DNA of 59,330 nt from a virus (lineage: Duplodnaviria; Caudoviricetes), in the IMG/VR virus record IMGVR_UViG_3300010400_000023, positions 1 to 59,330 of that record, one strand, 5' to 3'. Shown here one piece after another: positions 8,539 through 18,232 of the stretch. Every line of letters begins with the position of its first letter. The first letter of the stretch is position 1. A program made the translations under genes and the position numbers. The notes under the pieces are model-generated. The model ran no database searches. It worked only from the letters and a program-made list of their open reading frames with translations, and had not been told where the DNA came from.

Positions 8539-8846
8539 CCCTCAAGCCCTCCGATCTCTTGACCATGATCGCTACGCACGCGCCCAAGCTGCGTGCGTCC
8601 GGCGTCAAGTCGCTGACCATCGAGGGCATCTCAATGGAACTCCTGCCGGCCGAGCCGCCTCCGGCTCCGCGGCCGACAGCCAAGGAGATCGCCGCAGCGC
8701 AGGCGGCGTCCACAATCCCGCTTGATCCGCTCGACGACCCGATGAGCTACCCCGGCGGCGTGGTACCGCGCTTCGCCGCAGAGACGCCCGAGCCGCGCAC
8801 TCGTGGCCGGCGCAAGCCTCCAACCGATGAACACGAAGATGACTAA
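8535..8846 (+). CDS. Hypothetical protein between terminase and portal
   Basis: ATGA-coupled; LRASGVKSLTIEGISMEL followed by a Pro-rich tail. Confidence 0.65.
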   Translation: MTLKPSDLLTMIATHAPKLRASGVKSLTIEGISMELLPAEPPPAPRPTAKEIAAAQAASTIPLDPLDDPMSYPGGVVPRFAAETPEPRTRGRRKPPTDEHEDD

Positions 8847-8894
8847 CCAACCCTGCACAGCCGGAGAGATCAATCGGCACCCAAGTGGTGTCCG

Positions 8895-10739
8895 ATGGCG
8901 ACCGACCGCGAGAAACGTCTCTGGTACAACCTACCCAAGAACGAAGCGCACGCTGCGATTCTGGCGTACGTGCAGGGCGTCTCGTCGCGCCAGTCGAGGC
9001 TGTACGAGAAGTTCCTGCGCCTCGACGGGATGTATGACCCAAACTCGGTCCGCACCGAGCTGTACGGTCGGCCGGGCACCGACACCCTCGGGCTCGTCAC
9101 TGAAAACGTAGTCGCGTCCAACGTCGATACGGTGACCGCGGCGATCGCCGCGACCGACGTGCGCGCGCGCTTCATGACCGACGACGGCGACTGGTCAACG
9201 CAACGGACCGCGCGTCACCTCGAGTGGTATGCGGAGGCGCTGTCGAAACAGCTCGACATGGACACGCTATGCCAGCGGGCGTTCAAGTCAGCGGCGATCA
9301 AGGGCACCGGGCTGATTCACGTCTACGCCGACGGCGGAAACAACGTGCGTGCCGAGCAGGTTCCGGTTGACGAGTGCATCGTCGACGAGTCCGAGTCGCA
9401 CAGCGCCCGGCCGCGCCAGATGCACCGCGTGCACCTCGTCGACCGTGATGAATTGAAGATGATGTACCCCGGGCACGACGAGGACATCGACGGCGCGCAG
9501 TACGGCGGTCGTGGTCTGATGAGGCTCTGGAACATCAACAGCCGCAGCGACAACAACGAAGTCGTCGTGATCCACAGCTGGCGGTTGCCGGTTGGTAAGC
9601 GCCCGGGCCGCGAAGTCGTTTCGCTCGACGGCACGACGCTCCTCGATCGGAAGTACGAGAAGACGTTCTTCCCGTTCGCCCGCTTCGTGTGGAGCGAGCC
9701 AGATCAGGGCTGGTACGGCATCGGCGGCGCCGAACGCATCGCCGGTCATCAGCGCGCGCTCAACCGGCGCAACTGGCAGATCGATCGGCTGCTACAGCAA
9801 AACGCCGTGCCGACGACGTACGTCCGGCGCGCGGACGCGAACCTCCGTGCGCAGGTCACCAACGAACTCGGGACAATCGCCGTGGTCAACGGGGAGATCC
9901 CGGTGACCGTGCATCAGCCGGTCGTGAACAAGGAGACGTACTCGTCTCGTGATCAGCTCAAGGCGTCGGCGTTTCAGGAGTTTGGCGTCTCAATGCTGGC
10001 CGCGCAGTCGACGAAGCCTGCAGGCCTCGACTCCGGCGTGGCGCTCCGCGAGTACCGCGACAGCACGACGCAACGGTTTGCGATGCAAGAGAAGGGCTAC
10101 GAAAAGCTCAAGCTTGACGCGATTTGGTTGGCGATCGACGTCTGCAAGGACCTCGGCGCCAAGGCGCCGCAGATGATGCGGCGCACGAAGTTCGGAGCGC
10201 GTAAGCTGCCGTGGTCCAAGGTGGATATGGGCGATGTCCGCGTGCAGATCGCCGCGGCGTCGACGATGTCACGCACACCGGCCGGTCGCATGCAGACCGT
10301 GCTCGAGTGGGCACAGGCCGGAGTGATTTCGCAGGACGAGGCTCGACGCCTGATGCGGCATCCAGACCTTGAGCGGTCGATGTCCATCTACACCGCGGCG
10401 CTCGAAGCGGTGGAGCACGCCATCGAAGAGATCGAGGACGGCGCAGTCCTGATGCCGGAGCCGTTTGACAACCTGCAGATGATCGTCTGGCGCGGCCAGA
10501 TGGAGTACCTGAAGATCTCCACCGAGGACGCCCCCGAAGAGGTTCTTGAGGCGTTGCGCCAGTATGTCGTGCAGGCAGCCTGGATGATCGCGCAGCAGGA
10601 CGCACCCGCCGCGAACGAGAACGCCGGCGCAGCGGCCCCAGCGCAGCCTGAGATGCCGCCGCTGCCCGGCGCTCCACCCGTCAACATGCCCGCCGTTGCC
10701 GCGCTGTCACCGCAGTCGATGCAGCTCCGGGCTGTCTAG
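8895..10739 (+). CDS. Portal protein
   Basis: 614 aa, position between terL and scaffold/MCP; GTG, FFPF..F.W, GWYG.G, FGVS motifs. Confidence 0.88.
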   Translation: MATDREKRLWYNLPKNEAHAAILAYVQGVSSRQSRLYEKFLRLDGMYDPNSVRTELYGRPGTDTLGLVTENVVASNVDTVTAAIAATDVRARFMTDDGDWSTQRTARHLEWYAEALSKQLDMDTLCQRAFKSAAIKGTGLIHVYADGGNNVRAEQVPVDECIVDESESHSARPRQMHRVHLVDRDELKMMYPGHDEDIDGAQYGGRGLMRLWNINSRSDNNEVVVIHSWRLPVGKRPGREVVSLDGTTLLDRKYEKTFFPFARFVWSEPDQGWYGIGGAERIAGHQRALNRRNWQIDRLLQQNAVPTTYVRRADANLRAQVTNELGTIAVVNGEIPVTVHQPVVNKETYSSRDQLKASAFQEFGVSMLAAQSTKPAGLDSGVALREYRDSTTQRFAMQEKGYEKLKLDAIWLAIDVCKDLGAKAPQMMRRTKFGARKLPWSKVDMGDVRVQIAAASTMSRTPAGRMQTVLEWAQAGVISQDEARRLMRHPDLERSMSIYTAALEAVEHAIEEIEDGAVLMPEPFDNLQMIVWRGQMEYLKISTEDAPEEVLEALRQYVVQAAWMIAQQDAPAANENAGAAAPAQPEMPPLPGAPPVNMPAVAALSPQSMQLRAV

Positions 10740-10788
10740 CTACAAACAGTTTGCACCAGTAACCCCGATACTGTAAGGATCACAACAC

Positions 10789-11985
10789 ATGGCTGACGAC
10801 GTCGCAGGCGACCATGGGACCGAGACGGAGGGTCGACCGACCCCCGGCCGGTCGCGCCCGGACAAGGAAAGCGTGCTCGCGGCATTGGCGCGGCACAAGT
10901 CGGGCGCTGCGGAGTCGGTGCCCGACGCTCACGAGGACGAGCCGGATCTACCCAGCGGAGACGTTCACGAGGACGATGAAGTCGAGGACGCTCCGAAGCC
11001 GAAGACCAAAAAGCCGAAGGAGCCGGAGCCCGACGAGGATGAGCCCGCCGACCCGGATCCGGACGCTGAAGAGCCGGACGAGGATGTCGACGTCGACGCC
11101 GACGCCGATGAGCCCGAGCCCGAACCTGAGCCGGAGGCGAAGCCCGATCCAGAACTCGAGCGGCGTGCCGCGCAGCTGCGCCGGCAGGAGACCCGGCTCC
11201 GCGCCAAGATCGAATCGGAGCGCACCAAGCTTGAGCGCGAGCGCGCCGAGCTGGCCGCCGACCGCGCCAAGGTCGACGAGTTCGCCAAGCTCCGCTCGCG
11301 AGCGAGGTTCGACCCTACCGGCGTCCTCCGTGCGCTCGGCCTGTCCGACGACGACCTGGAACCAGCCGCGAGGCACATTTACGCGCAGACCAAGGAAGCG
11401 GCCAAGGATCCCAAGAACCGTGATGCCGCCGATCGGCTCATGAGGGAGCGCGAGCTGCAGCATCGCATCGACGAGCAGCAGAAGCGCCTCGACGAGCGCG
11501 ACGCGCGCGACAAGCAGGCGGCCGAGCGCGAAGCCGAGCAGCGTGCGGCGGTGAAGTACATCACTACTGTCAGCAAGGCAGCGAAGCCGGGCACGCTCGC
11601 GGCGCACTACCTCGCCAAGGGCGGCAAGGTGGCCGACAAGACGATGATGCGATTCGCGTCGATCGCGCAGGACCTTGCCGAAGACGGCGAACTGCCCGAT
11701 CACTCCGACGTACTCGAGGAGTACGAACGCCAGCGGCGCGAGGAGCTCGAAGACGACGGCATCGACATCGCCGCGCTGCTCAAGAGGCCCGCAGCGAAGC
11801 CCGCAGCTGCGAAGCCTGTCGCCGGCAAGCCCGTAACGGCGCCGGCAAAGCCCGCGGTCCCGAAGCCCAAGGCACCTGCCGCAGCCGCACCGGTGGCCCC
11901 CAAGCCCAAGTTCAAGGACGCCGACGAGCGCAACTCGTCGATCGTCGACATGCTCGCTGCCCAACGCGCGAAGGGCAAGCTGTAA
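10789..11985 (+). CDS. Capsid scaffolding protein
   Basis: Acidic/Pro N-terminus, coiled coil, basic C-terminal helix; directly before MCP. Confidence 0.75.
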   Translation: MADDVAGDHGTETEGRPTPGRSRPDKESVLAALARHKSGAAESVPDAHEDEPDLPSGDVHEDDEVEDAPKPKTKKPKEPEPDEDEPADPDPDAEEPDEDVDVDADADEPEPEPEPEAKPDPELERRAAQLRRQETRLRAKIESERTKLERERAELAADRAKVDEFAKLRSRARFDPTGVLRALGLSDDDLEPAARHIYAQTKEAAKDPKNRDAADRLMRERELQHRIDEQQKRLDERDARDKQAAEREAEQRAAVKYITTVSKAAKPGTLAAHYLAKGGKVADKTMMRFASIAQDLAEDGELPDHSDVLEEYERQRREELEDDGIDIAALLKRPAAKPAAAKPVAGKPVTAPAKPAVPKPKAPAAAAPVAPKPKFKDADERNSSIVDMLAAQRAKGKL

Positions 11986-12128
11986 CCGATACACGACCGA
12001 AGGTACACCCCGCTACTACGACTGCTACCTGCGACGACCGAAGACAGACCCCAGTCCGCCGATAAGACGAGTCGGCACACAACGAGACGTTTCGTGCGCG
12101 CCGACAGCGGCGCGAGGACTGGTGTTCC

Positions 12129-13325
12129 GTGGCTTCAGCTTCAACTCTCACTACAGTCGCATTCATTTTCAAGAAGACGTACGGCGACGGCATCGGCGAT
12201 GCCGCGTCGCGCGACCATCCGTTCTTCTACAACATCCGCAAGGTCAACAAGTTCCGCGGCGAGAGCTTCAAGTACAGCGTCAAGTACGGCAATCCGCAGG
12301 GCATCGGCGCGACGATCGCGCTCGCTCAGGCCGGCGCCGCATCGAGCAAGGGTCTGCAGTTCGAGGCGGTCCGCTTCAAGAAGTTCGGCCTCATCACGCT
12401 CGACGGTGAGTCGCTCATGGCCAGCGATGGCGATGACGGCGCGCTCGTCGAGCTGGTCACGACCGAGTCCGACGGCATCCTCGCGGAGCTCGTCGACTCG
12501 CTGGCGTACGACCTGTACCGCGACGGCACGGGCAAGCGTGGCAAGCGCCTCAGCGCATCGACGAACGTCATCACCCTGACGGTCGCCGACGACGCCCGTA
12601 ACTTCAAGGTCGGCATGACCGTGATGGCGTCTCCGAACGCCAACGGCTCATCGCCCCGCGCCGGTACCACCACGGTGGCCGGCGTCGACGAAGACGCGGG
12701 TACGGTCACGCTGACCTCGGCAGCGGCGATCACGTCGTTCGCCGATGCCGACTTCTTGTTCCGCAGCGGCGACCCGACGACCTGCGTTGAGGGTCTCGAG
12801 GTCTGCACGCCGCTCACCGCCCCGACGCCCGGCGACTCGTTCCGCACCAAAGATCGCAGCGTCGATGCGCCTCGCCTCGCCGGGTCGCGCGTCAACAACC
12901 TCAACAACGTCATCGAGGAGAACGCCGGTGATGTCGCGGTCAAGCTGAACCAGCGCGGCCGGAAGGCGCGTGAATACTACCTGAACCCCGTCAACTTCTT
13001 CCAGGTCGTCAAGCGCCAGGGCGCCAAGGTCGAGTACCAGGGCGGCGGCGGTACGGCGGATATCTTCTTCGAGACGTTCAGCCTCCACACGTCAGTCGGG
13101 ACCCTCAAGGTCTACTCCGATCCGGACTGCCCCATCGACCGCGGTCGCGTGGTCAACCCCGATGACCAGTACCTCCGCATCCTCGGAGAGTACCCGCACG
13201 TGATCATGGACGATGGTCAGCGCTCGCTGCGCCAGACCGCCGACGACGGCATCGAAGTTCGATGCCGTGCCATGGGCAATCTCATCCAGAAAAACACGGC
13301 GTCGCAGGGCGTCCACTCGATCTGA
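12129..13325 (+). CDS. Major capsid protein
   Basis: 398 aa, strong codon bias, GAGGA RBS, LAYDLYRDGTG and DPDCP motifs, position. Confidence 0.85.
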   Translation: MASASTLTTVAFIFKKTYGDGIGDAASRDHPFFYNIRKVNKFRGESFKYSVKYGNPQGIGATIALAQAGAASSKGLQFEAVRFKKFGLITLDGESLMASDGDDGALVELVTTESDGILAELVDSLAYDLYRDGTGKRGKRLSASTNVITLTVADDARNFKVGMTVMASPNANGSSPRAGTTTVAGVDEDAGTVTLTSAAAITSFADADFLFRSGDPTTCVEGLEVCTPLTAPTPGDSFRTKDRSVDAPRLAGSRVNNLNNVIEENAGDVAVKLNQRGRKAREYYLNPVNFFQVVKRQGAKVEYQGGGGTADIFFETFSLHTSVGTLKVYSDPDCPIDRGRVVNPDDQYLRILGEYPHVIMDDGQRSLRQTADDGIEVRCRAMGNLIQKNTASQGVHSI

Positions 13326-13334
13326 GGTGATGCC

Positions 13335-13709
13335 ATGGCGGAGTCAAATTTCTCACAGCTACTGGCATCAGAGCCGACGACCCGGGCGGTCATCGTCCGG
13401 GCACAGGGCAACACCACGAGCACGCCGGTCAAGGTGCTCGGAAACGGCATCACGATCACGCGGACCGGCGTGGGAGTGTGGCGTCTGACGTTCGGCTACT
13501 TCAACGGCCGCCCGGTCGGCGTCGTCGGTTGGAACTTCGAGGACGCGACGATGAGCGTGCCCAAGGGGTTCACGCTTACGTCGCAGGCATGGGCGTCGGC
13601 GACGAACTCGATCGACTTGTCGATCTGGAACTCGTCGTTCGCGGCGGCAGACCTCGCGGTGACGACGTTTCTGAACCTCGTGATCTTGTTCAAGGCAACT
13701 GGAGTCTGA
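13335..13709 (+). CDS. Virion-associated beta-rich protein (decoration-like)
   Basis: Follows MCP; ITRTGVGVWRLTF motif; GAGGT RBS. Confidence 0.55.
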   Translation: MAESNFSQLLASEPTTRAVIVRAQGNTTSTPVKVLGNGITITRTGVGVWRLTFGYFNGRPVGVVGWNFEDATMSVPKGFTLTSQAWASATNSIDLSIWNSSFAAADLAVTTFLNLVILFKATGV

Positions 13710-14426
13710 GTGCCTCGAATCTACCGACTCGACGACCTCCGACTGCGCTGTCAGCGCCGGTCCAACAAGGAGGGAGATCCGTCGATCTCCATCCCGGAGT
13801 GGAACGCGTTGATCAGCGAGCAGTACGGAGATCTGTATTCCGAGGTCGAGAAGACCGGGCTGCGGTACTTCGAGTCGGCTTTTGCTTTTTCTGCGAACGG
13901 CGCCGCGAGCTACGCGGTTCCGGTCGACCATCTCGCGACGCTCGGCATCGATCGGATCACTGATTCGGTCGGCAGCCGAGTGACACTGGACGAGATGATG
14001 AGCCCGGAGCGTACGCGCTGGGCGGGACAGGTCGGCGACGCGCAGAGCTACGCGATCGTCGGTCAGCTCATCTATCTGTTCCCCAAGCCGTCGTCGGGCA
14101 ACTACGAGATGCTGTACATGCCGCAAGCGCCGGATCTGTCAACGGCCGCTGACAGCACGAGCGTCGATGTCGTGCAGGCCGACGGCGAAGCGTTCCTGAT
14201 CTGGGGCGTCGTTGTCAAGGCACTGTCGAAGTCGGAGTCTGATGTCCGCACGGCGATGGCCGAGCGCGAAGCAGCGCGCGTGCGCTTCGTCGACTGGGCA
14301 ATCCTGCGCGCGTTCGTGCAGCCGCGCCGGCCGATCTATCGGTTGTCCCGGAACGAAGATGACGGCAGTGGCGGGTGCGGCGGCGTCGACGACCCCGGCG
14401 GCTGGTGGAGCGGCAACCGCTCATGA
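13710..14426 (+). CDS. Head-tail adaptor-like protein
   Basis: Position; IYLFPKP..YEMLY.P pattern. Confidence 0.65.
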   Translation: MPRIYRLDDLRLRCQRRSNKEGDPSISIPEWNALISEQYGDLYSEVEKTGLRYFESAFAFSANGAASYAVPVDHLATLGIDRITDSVGSRVTLDEMMSPERTRWAGQVGDAQSYAIVGQLIYLFPKPSSGNYEMLYMPQAPDLSTAADSTSVDVVQADGEAFLIWGVVVKALSKSESDVRTAMAEREAARVRFVDWAILRAFVQPRRPIYRLSRNEDDGSGGCGGVDDPGGWWSGNRS

Positions 14427-14791
14427 CGCTGCTCGCTCGCATTCGGCTCGAGGGCGACGCGGAGCGCGTGCGGCAGTCGCATGCGCAGGCGATCACGGAA
14501 CTGCAAAGCGGAGTCGCCGTAGACGCCAAGGTCATCAGAGAGGTGACGGTTCCCGGAACGGCTGTCGCTGGCGGTCCCATCATCTCTCACGGTCTGGGCC
14601 GTCCGCCCGTGTTCGTCGGCATTTCGGCAATTCGGGTCAAGCCTGCCGACCTCGCGAGCATGACGTCCGGGACGGTGATGGAGTCCGGCGCCACCACATT
14701 CACCGGGGGTGCGCTCAACCGGTCTGAGTCAATTCAGATCGGCGCCTTCGGATTCACCGTTCCGATCATCGTCGACTTGCTGGTGATGTGA
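14423..14791 (+). CDS. Small virion protein
   Basis: ISHGLGRPP motif typical of small tail-associated domains. Confidence 0.55.
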   Translation: MTLLARIRLEGDAERVRQSHAQAITELQSGVAVDAKVIREVTVPGTAVAGGPIISHGLGRPPVFVGISAIRVKPADLASMTSGTVMESGATTFTGGALNRSESIQIGAFGFTVPIIVDLLVM

Positions 14792-17700
14792 TGCCGCTCA
14801 ACTGGCAAACCGTCACGTTGCCGCTCGCCGCTGGTCTCGATACCAAGGGCGACGCCCGTGCGTCCGATCCGCCCAAGCTCGATATCTGCCGCGATGTCCA
14901 GTTCGACGAGCTCGGCGGCGTGCAGACGCGTTACCCGTTCGCCGCGATGAGCAATAGCATCTTCGGCGGCGGCACGCTATCGGGCTGCCGACGACTCGCG
15001 GTGGTCAACGATGAGCTGTGCGTGTTCACCGCCGACTCGATGTACAGCTGGAACGCGCAGATCTCTGCGTGGGTGCTGCGCGGCACGCACCTCGCGGTGA
15101 ACGTTACCGAGACGCCGCGATTCGCTACCACGGGCGATCAGCTCGACGGTGACCGCGCCGAGCTCAACGGCACGATCGTTTACGCATGGAGCGAGGGGGG
15201 CATCCTGTTTGTCGCCGCCTCCGACAAGGCGACTGGCGCGGTGCTGATGTCGCCGTTCTCGATGATCGCGATCAGCGGCCGTCCGCGGCTCGTGGCGCTC
15301 AACACGAAGATCATGCTGTTCTTCGAGAACATCGGCGCGCTGACCGCGATTGCTCTCGATCCGGCCAATCCAGCTACGGCACTTTCTGGTGGACCCACCG
15401 TTACTGTAGCCGCGGCGGCTGTCTTCAATTCCTTCTATGACGTCGTCAAGGTCGACGGCCAGGACCTCGCCATCGGTGTCTATCGACGCGATGTGACCAC
15501 GAGTTACTCGGTGTTCACCTGCACTCCGGCGCTCGCGGTAACGACGTCGACGAAGGCTCGCACCGCCGATGGACCGGTCGCGATCGCGACGACTCCAGGC
15601 GGCGGGCTGCAGACGCAGGTTATCCGGCATGACACCGGGGTCGCGGTGCGCGGCGACTTCTTGACGACGTCATCGCTCGCCGATCTGACGATCAACCAGA
15701 CGATCGTCAACGGAGCATTTACGGCAGCGAACCAGATCGCCGCTGCATATCGGTCAGTCACGACGGGCGGCGCCTTCCGCTGCTACGTCTACGTGTCCAG
15801 CGAGGCGCCGACGAGCGGGCTCGGTACGATCGTCCAGAACTTCGTCGACACCGCCGGGACGATCGGCACGGCCACGACGCTCATGCGCATTCTCGGCGTG
15901 GCGTCGAGGGCGTTCGACTACAACGGATCGGTCTACGTATGGTTCGCGTTCGCCGGTCAGTCGACCGTCGCCACGCTGGGGCCGTTCAAGACGCCGCCCT
16001 TTGCGCTGCAGAACACGTACTTCCTGTACCGCGATGACGGTCTGCTCGTCGCCAAGTGCGTCGCCACGCGCGGCGGCGGCTTCTTGCCGGCACAGGGTCG
16101 GCTGCCTGGCGTCACGCTGACGTCTGGCACGACGGAGTTCTCGTGGTGCGCCACGCTGCGCCGCAAGATTCAGCTCGGCACCGGTGATGTCGACTTCGCC
16201 GCTCGTGAGCCCGTTGACGTCGTGTTCGCATTCGATTCGAACGCAGCTCGGCGTGTCGACCGCATCGGCCGAACGCTCTACATCGCCGCTGGCGAAGTGC
16301 TGCAATACGATGGCGTCCGCCTCGTCGAAACAGGCTTCCACATCTACCCGTGGATCCTCGGCATCATCGACGCCGGCGGCGGCTCGGTCGCGACAGGCAC
16401 GTACAGTTACAAGCAGACCTACCGCTATCTCAACGCGCAAGGCGAGACAGAGCGGTCGACGACAGCGACGATCGCATCGATCACCAATACCGGTAGCTCG
16501 CTGTCGATCCTGACCTCGACGCCTCTCACCGCCACGCACAAGACCTCCGTGGTCCCTGCCGCCGAGTTCTGGCGTACCGCGGTTGCCCCGACGAGTGAGT
16601 CGCCGTTCTTCCTTGTGAGCTCGCAGGACCCGGCAGTCCTGACGAACCCGAATCGGTACGTCCCGAACTCGACGACGGCAACAACGCTGCCGACGTTCAA
16701 CGATTTTCTCGCCGACGCATCGATCACGATCAGGGAGGCGAATCCCGAGAACGGTGCGATCCTCGAGAGCCTTGCCCCGCCCGGGGCAAGCATCATCATC
16801 GCCAGCGATACGCGGTTGTTTCTCGGCGGTGTCGCCGGAGACCCGGACCGCGTTTGGTATTCGCGGCTCCGAGGCGACGGTGAAATCGCGTCGTTTCACG
16901 ACGGCAACGTGGTGCCGATTCCGCGCACCGGTGGCGACATCACCGCGCTCGTCTTCAACGCGGAGACGCTCACGGTGTTCCGTTCGACGGCGATCTACGC
17001 GCTACTCGGCCAGGGCGTCGACAACGCCGGCGGCGGCCAGAACTTCGAGTCTCGGACCATCTCGGTCGATGTCGGCGCGGTGAGTCAGGAGTCGGTTGCG
17101 TTCACGCCGAAGGGGGTGATTTTCAAGAGCCGCAAGGGCTGGTATCTGCTCTCGCCAAGCTGGCAGGTGCAGTACATCGGCGGTCAGGTCAACGCGTTCG
17201 ACGCGGATACCGTGTACTCGATCGACGTCGTCGAGACGCAGCACCACGTGCGCATCCTGACGAACGGCCGGACTCTGATCTGGGACTACCTCGTGAACCA
17301 GTGGGGCGAATGGACGATCGCCGATGGACTGCACTCGGTGATCTGGAACGGCTCGCACGTCTACCTGACCGCAACCGGTCCCAAGCTGCAGTCGACAACG
17401 TACTCCTCCCTGACGTACGGCGTCGATGGCGAGACGGCATGGTGGAAGCCGGCCGGCGATCAGCAAGGCGAGGCTACGGTTCGGTGGTTCTCGGTGCTCG
17501 GCGAGTACCGCAGTTCATGTCTGATCCGCGTACGTGTGGCTCGCGACTACCAGTACGACGGAGCCGGCAACGCCGTCTATTACGATGACACTGCGTGGCT
17601 TCCGTCACCCACGGTGGTCGGCTCCGCGTTGCAGGTCAAGCACACGCCGTCGCTGCAGATCGTGCAGTCGATCAAGGTTCGGATCACCGCAGTGGCGCTC

Positions 17701-18231
17701 GGTGCTCGGGCGACGCTATCGACAGGCGCGCTGTCAGGTGCGGTCAACACGAGCGGTACGAATTGGACTGCGGCATTCAATGTGTTCGACTTCGTCAGCG
17801 CCGGCAAGCTGTTCAAGCCGGGGCTGATGGGCAACTCGGTGACGATGTCGCTCGGTTTCCAGACGGGGACTGCCGTGCTCGTCGATGTTCGTGACCACTA
17901 TCGCTATGTCCCGTCGGAGTCGCGCTGGGTCGAAGACCCCGACAACATCGGTGTCCGCATCGTGACGCCGGCAGCGACGTTGACCGTTGGTGCGCTGGAA
18001 ACCGCGATTCAGTCGGGGACCACGCTCGCCCAGCTGCAGACTGCCGACGCGACACCTTCGAAGACGATCAACATCGGTGCGCTTAACGGCTCGCTGATCA
18101 CAGGCTCGTTCTCGGGCGGCACGTACACGACCCCGACGGGCGAGGCGGTCAAGCTGACCGGGATCGCATTCGATTTCGGGATTCATCAAGGCATCAACAA
18201 GCGACTACCCGTCGCGCAGAAAGCTGGATGA
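14791..18231 (+). CDS. Tail nozzle / stabilisation protein (podovirus-like)
   Basis: 1146 aa beta-rich; RLFLGG, RVWYS, DVGAVSQES, WDYLVNQW motifs; position after adaptor. Confidence 0.7.
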   Translation: MPLNWQTVTLPLAAGLDTKGDARASDPPKLDICRDVQFDELGGVQTRYPFAAMSNSIFGGGTLSGCRRLAVVNDELCVFTADSMYSWNAQISAWVLRGTHLAVNVTETPRFATTGDQLDGDRAELNGTIVYAWSEGGILFVAASDKATGAVLMSPFSMIAISGRPRLVALNTKIMLFFENIGALTAIALDPANPATALSGGPTVTVAAAAVFNSFYDVVKVDGQDLAIGVYRRDVTTSYSVFTCTPALAVTTSTKARTADGPVAIATTPGGGLQTQVIRHDTGVAVRGDFLTTSSLADLTINQTIVNGAFTAANQIAAAYRSVTTGGAFRCYVYVSSEAPTSGLGTIVQNFVDTAGTIGTATTLMRILGVASRAFDYNGSVYVWFAFAGQSTVATLGPFKTPPFALQNTYFLYRDDGLLVAKCVATRGGGFLPAQGRLPGVTLTSGTTEFSWCATLRRKIQLGTGDVDFAAREPVDVVFAFDSNAARRVDRIGRTLYIAAGEVLQYDGVRLVETGFHIYPWILGIIDAGGGSVATGTYSYKQTYRYLNAQGETERSTTATIASITNTGSSLSILTSTPLTATHKTSVVPAAEFWRTAVAPTSESPFFLVSSQDPAVLTNPNRYVPNSTTATTLPTFNDFLADASITIREANPENGAILESLAPPGASIIIASDTRLFLGGVAGDPDRVWYSRLRGDGEIASFHDGNVVPIPRTGGDITALVFNAETLTVFRSTAIYALLGQGVDNAGGGQNFESRTISVDVGAVSQESVAFTPKGVIFKSRKGWYLLSPSWQVQYIGGQVNAFDADTVYSIDVVETQHHVRILTNGRTLIWDYLVNQWGEWTIADGLHSVIWNGSHVYLTATGPKLQSTTYSSLTYGVDGETAWWKPAGDQQGEATVRWFSVLGEYRSSCLIRVRVARDYQYDGAGNAVYYDDTAWLPSPTVVGSALQVKHTPSLQIVQSIKVRITAVALGARATLSTGALSGAVNTSGTNWTAAFNVFDFVSAGKLFKPGLMGNSVTMSLGFQTGTAVLVDVRDHYRYVPSESRWVEDPDNIGVRIVTPAATLTVGALETAIQSGTTLAQLQTADATPSKTINIGALNGSLITGSFSGGTYTTPTGEAVKLTGIAFDFGIHQGINKRLPVAQKAG

Positions 18232-18232
18232 C

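Noticed and set aside
10741-10788. Late promoter before scaffold gene
   Set aside because: TTGCAC is present but no convincing -10 at proper spacing
10948-11994. Long antisense ORFs (also 15754-16899, 25409-26395, 55997-57151)
   Set aside because: Shadows of high-GC sense genes; no motifs or RBS
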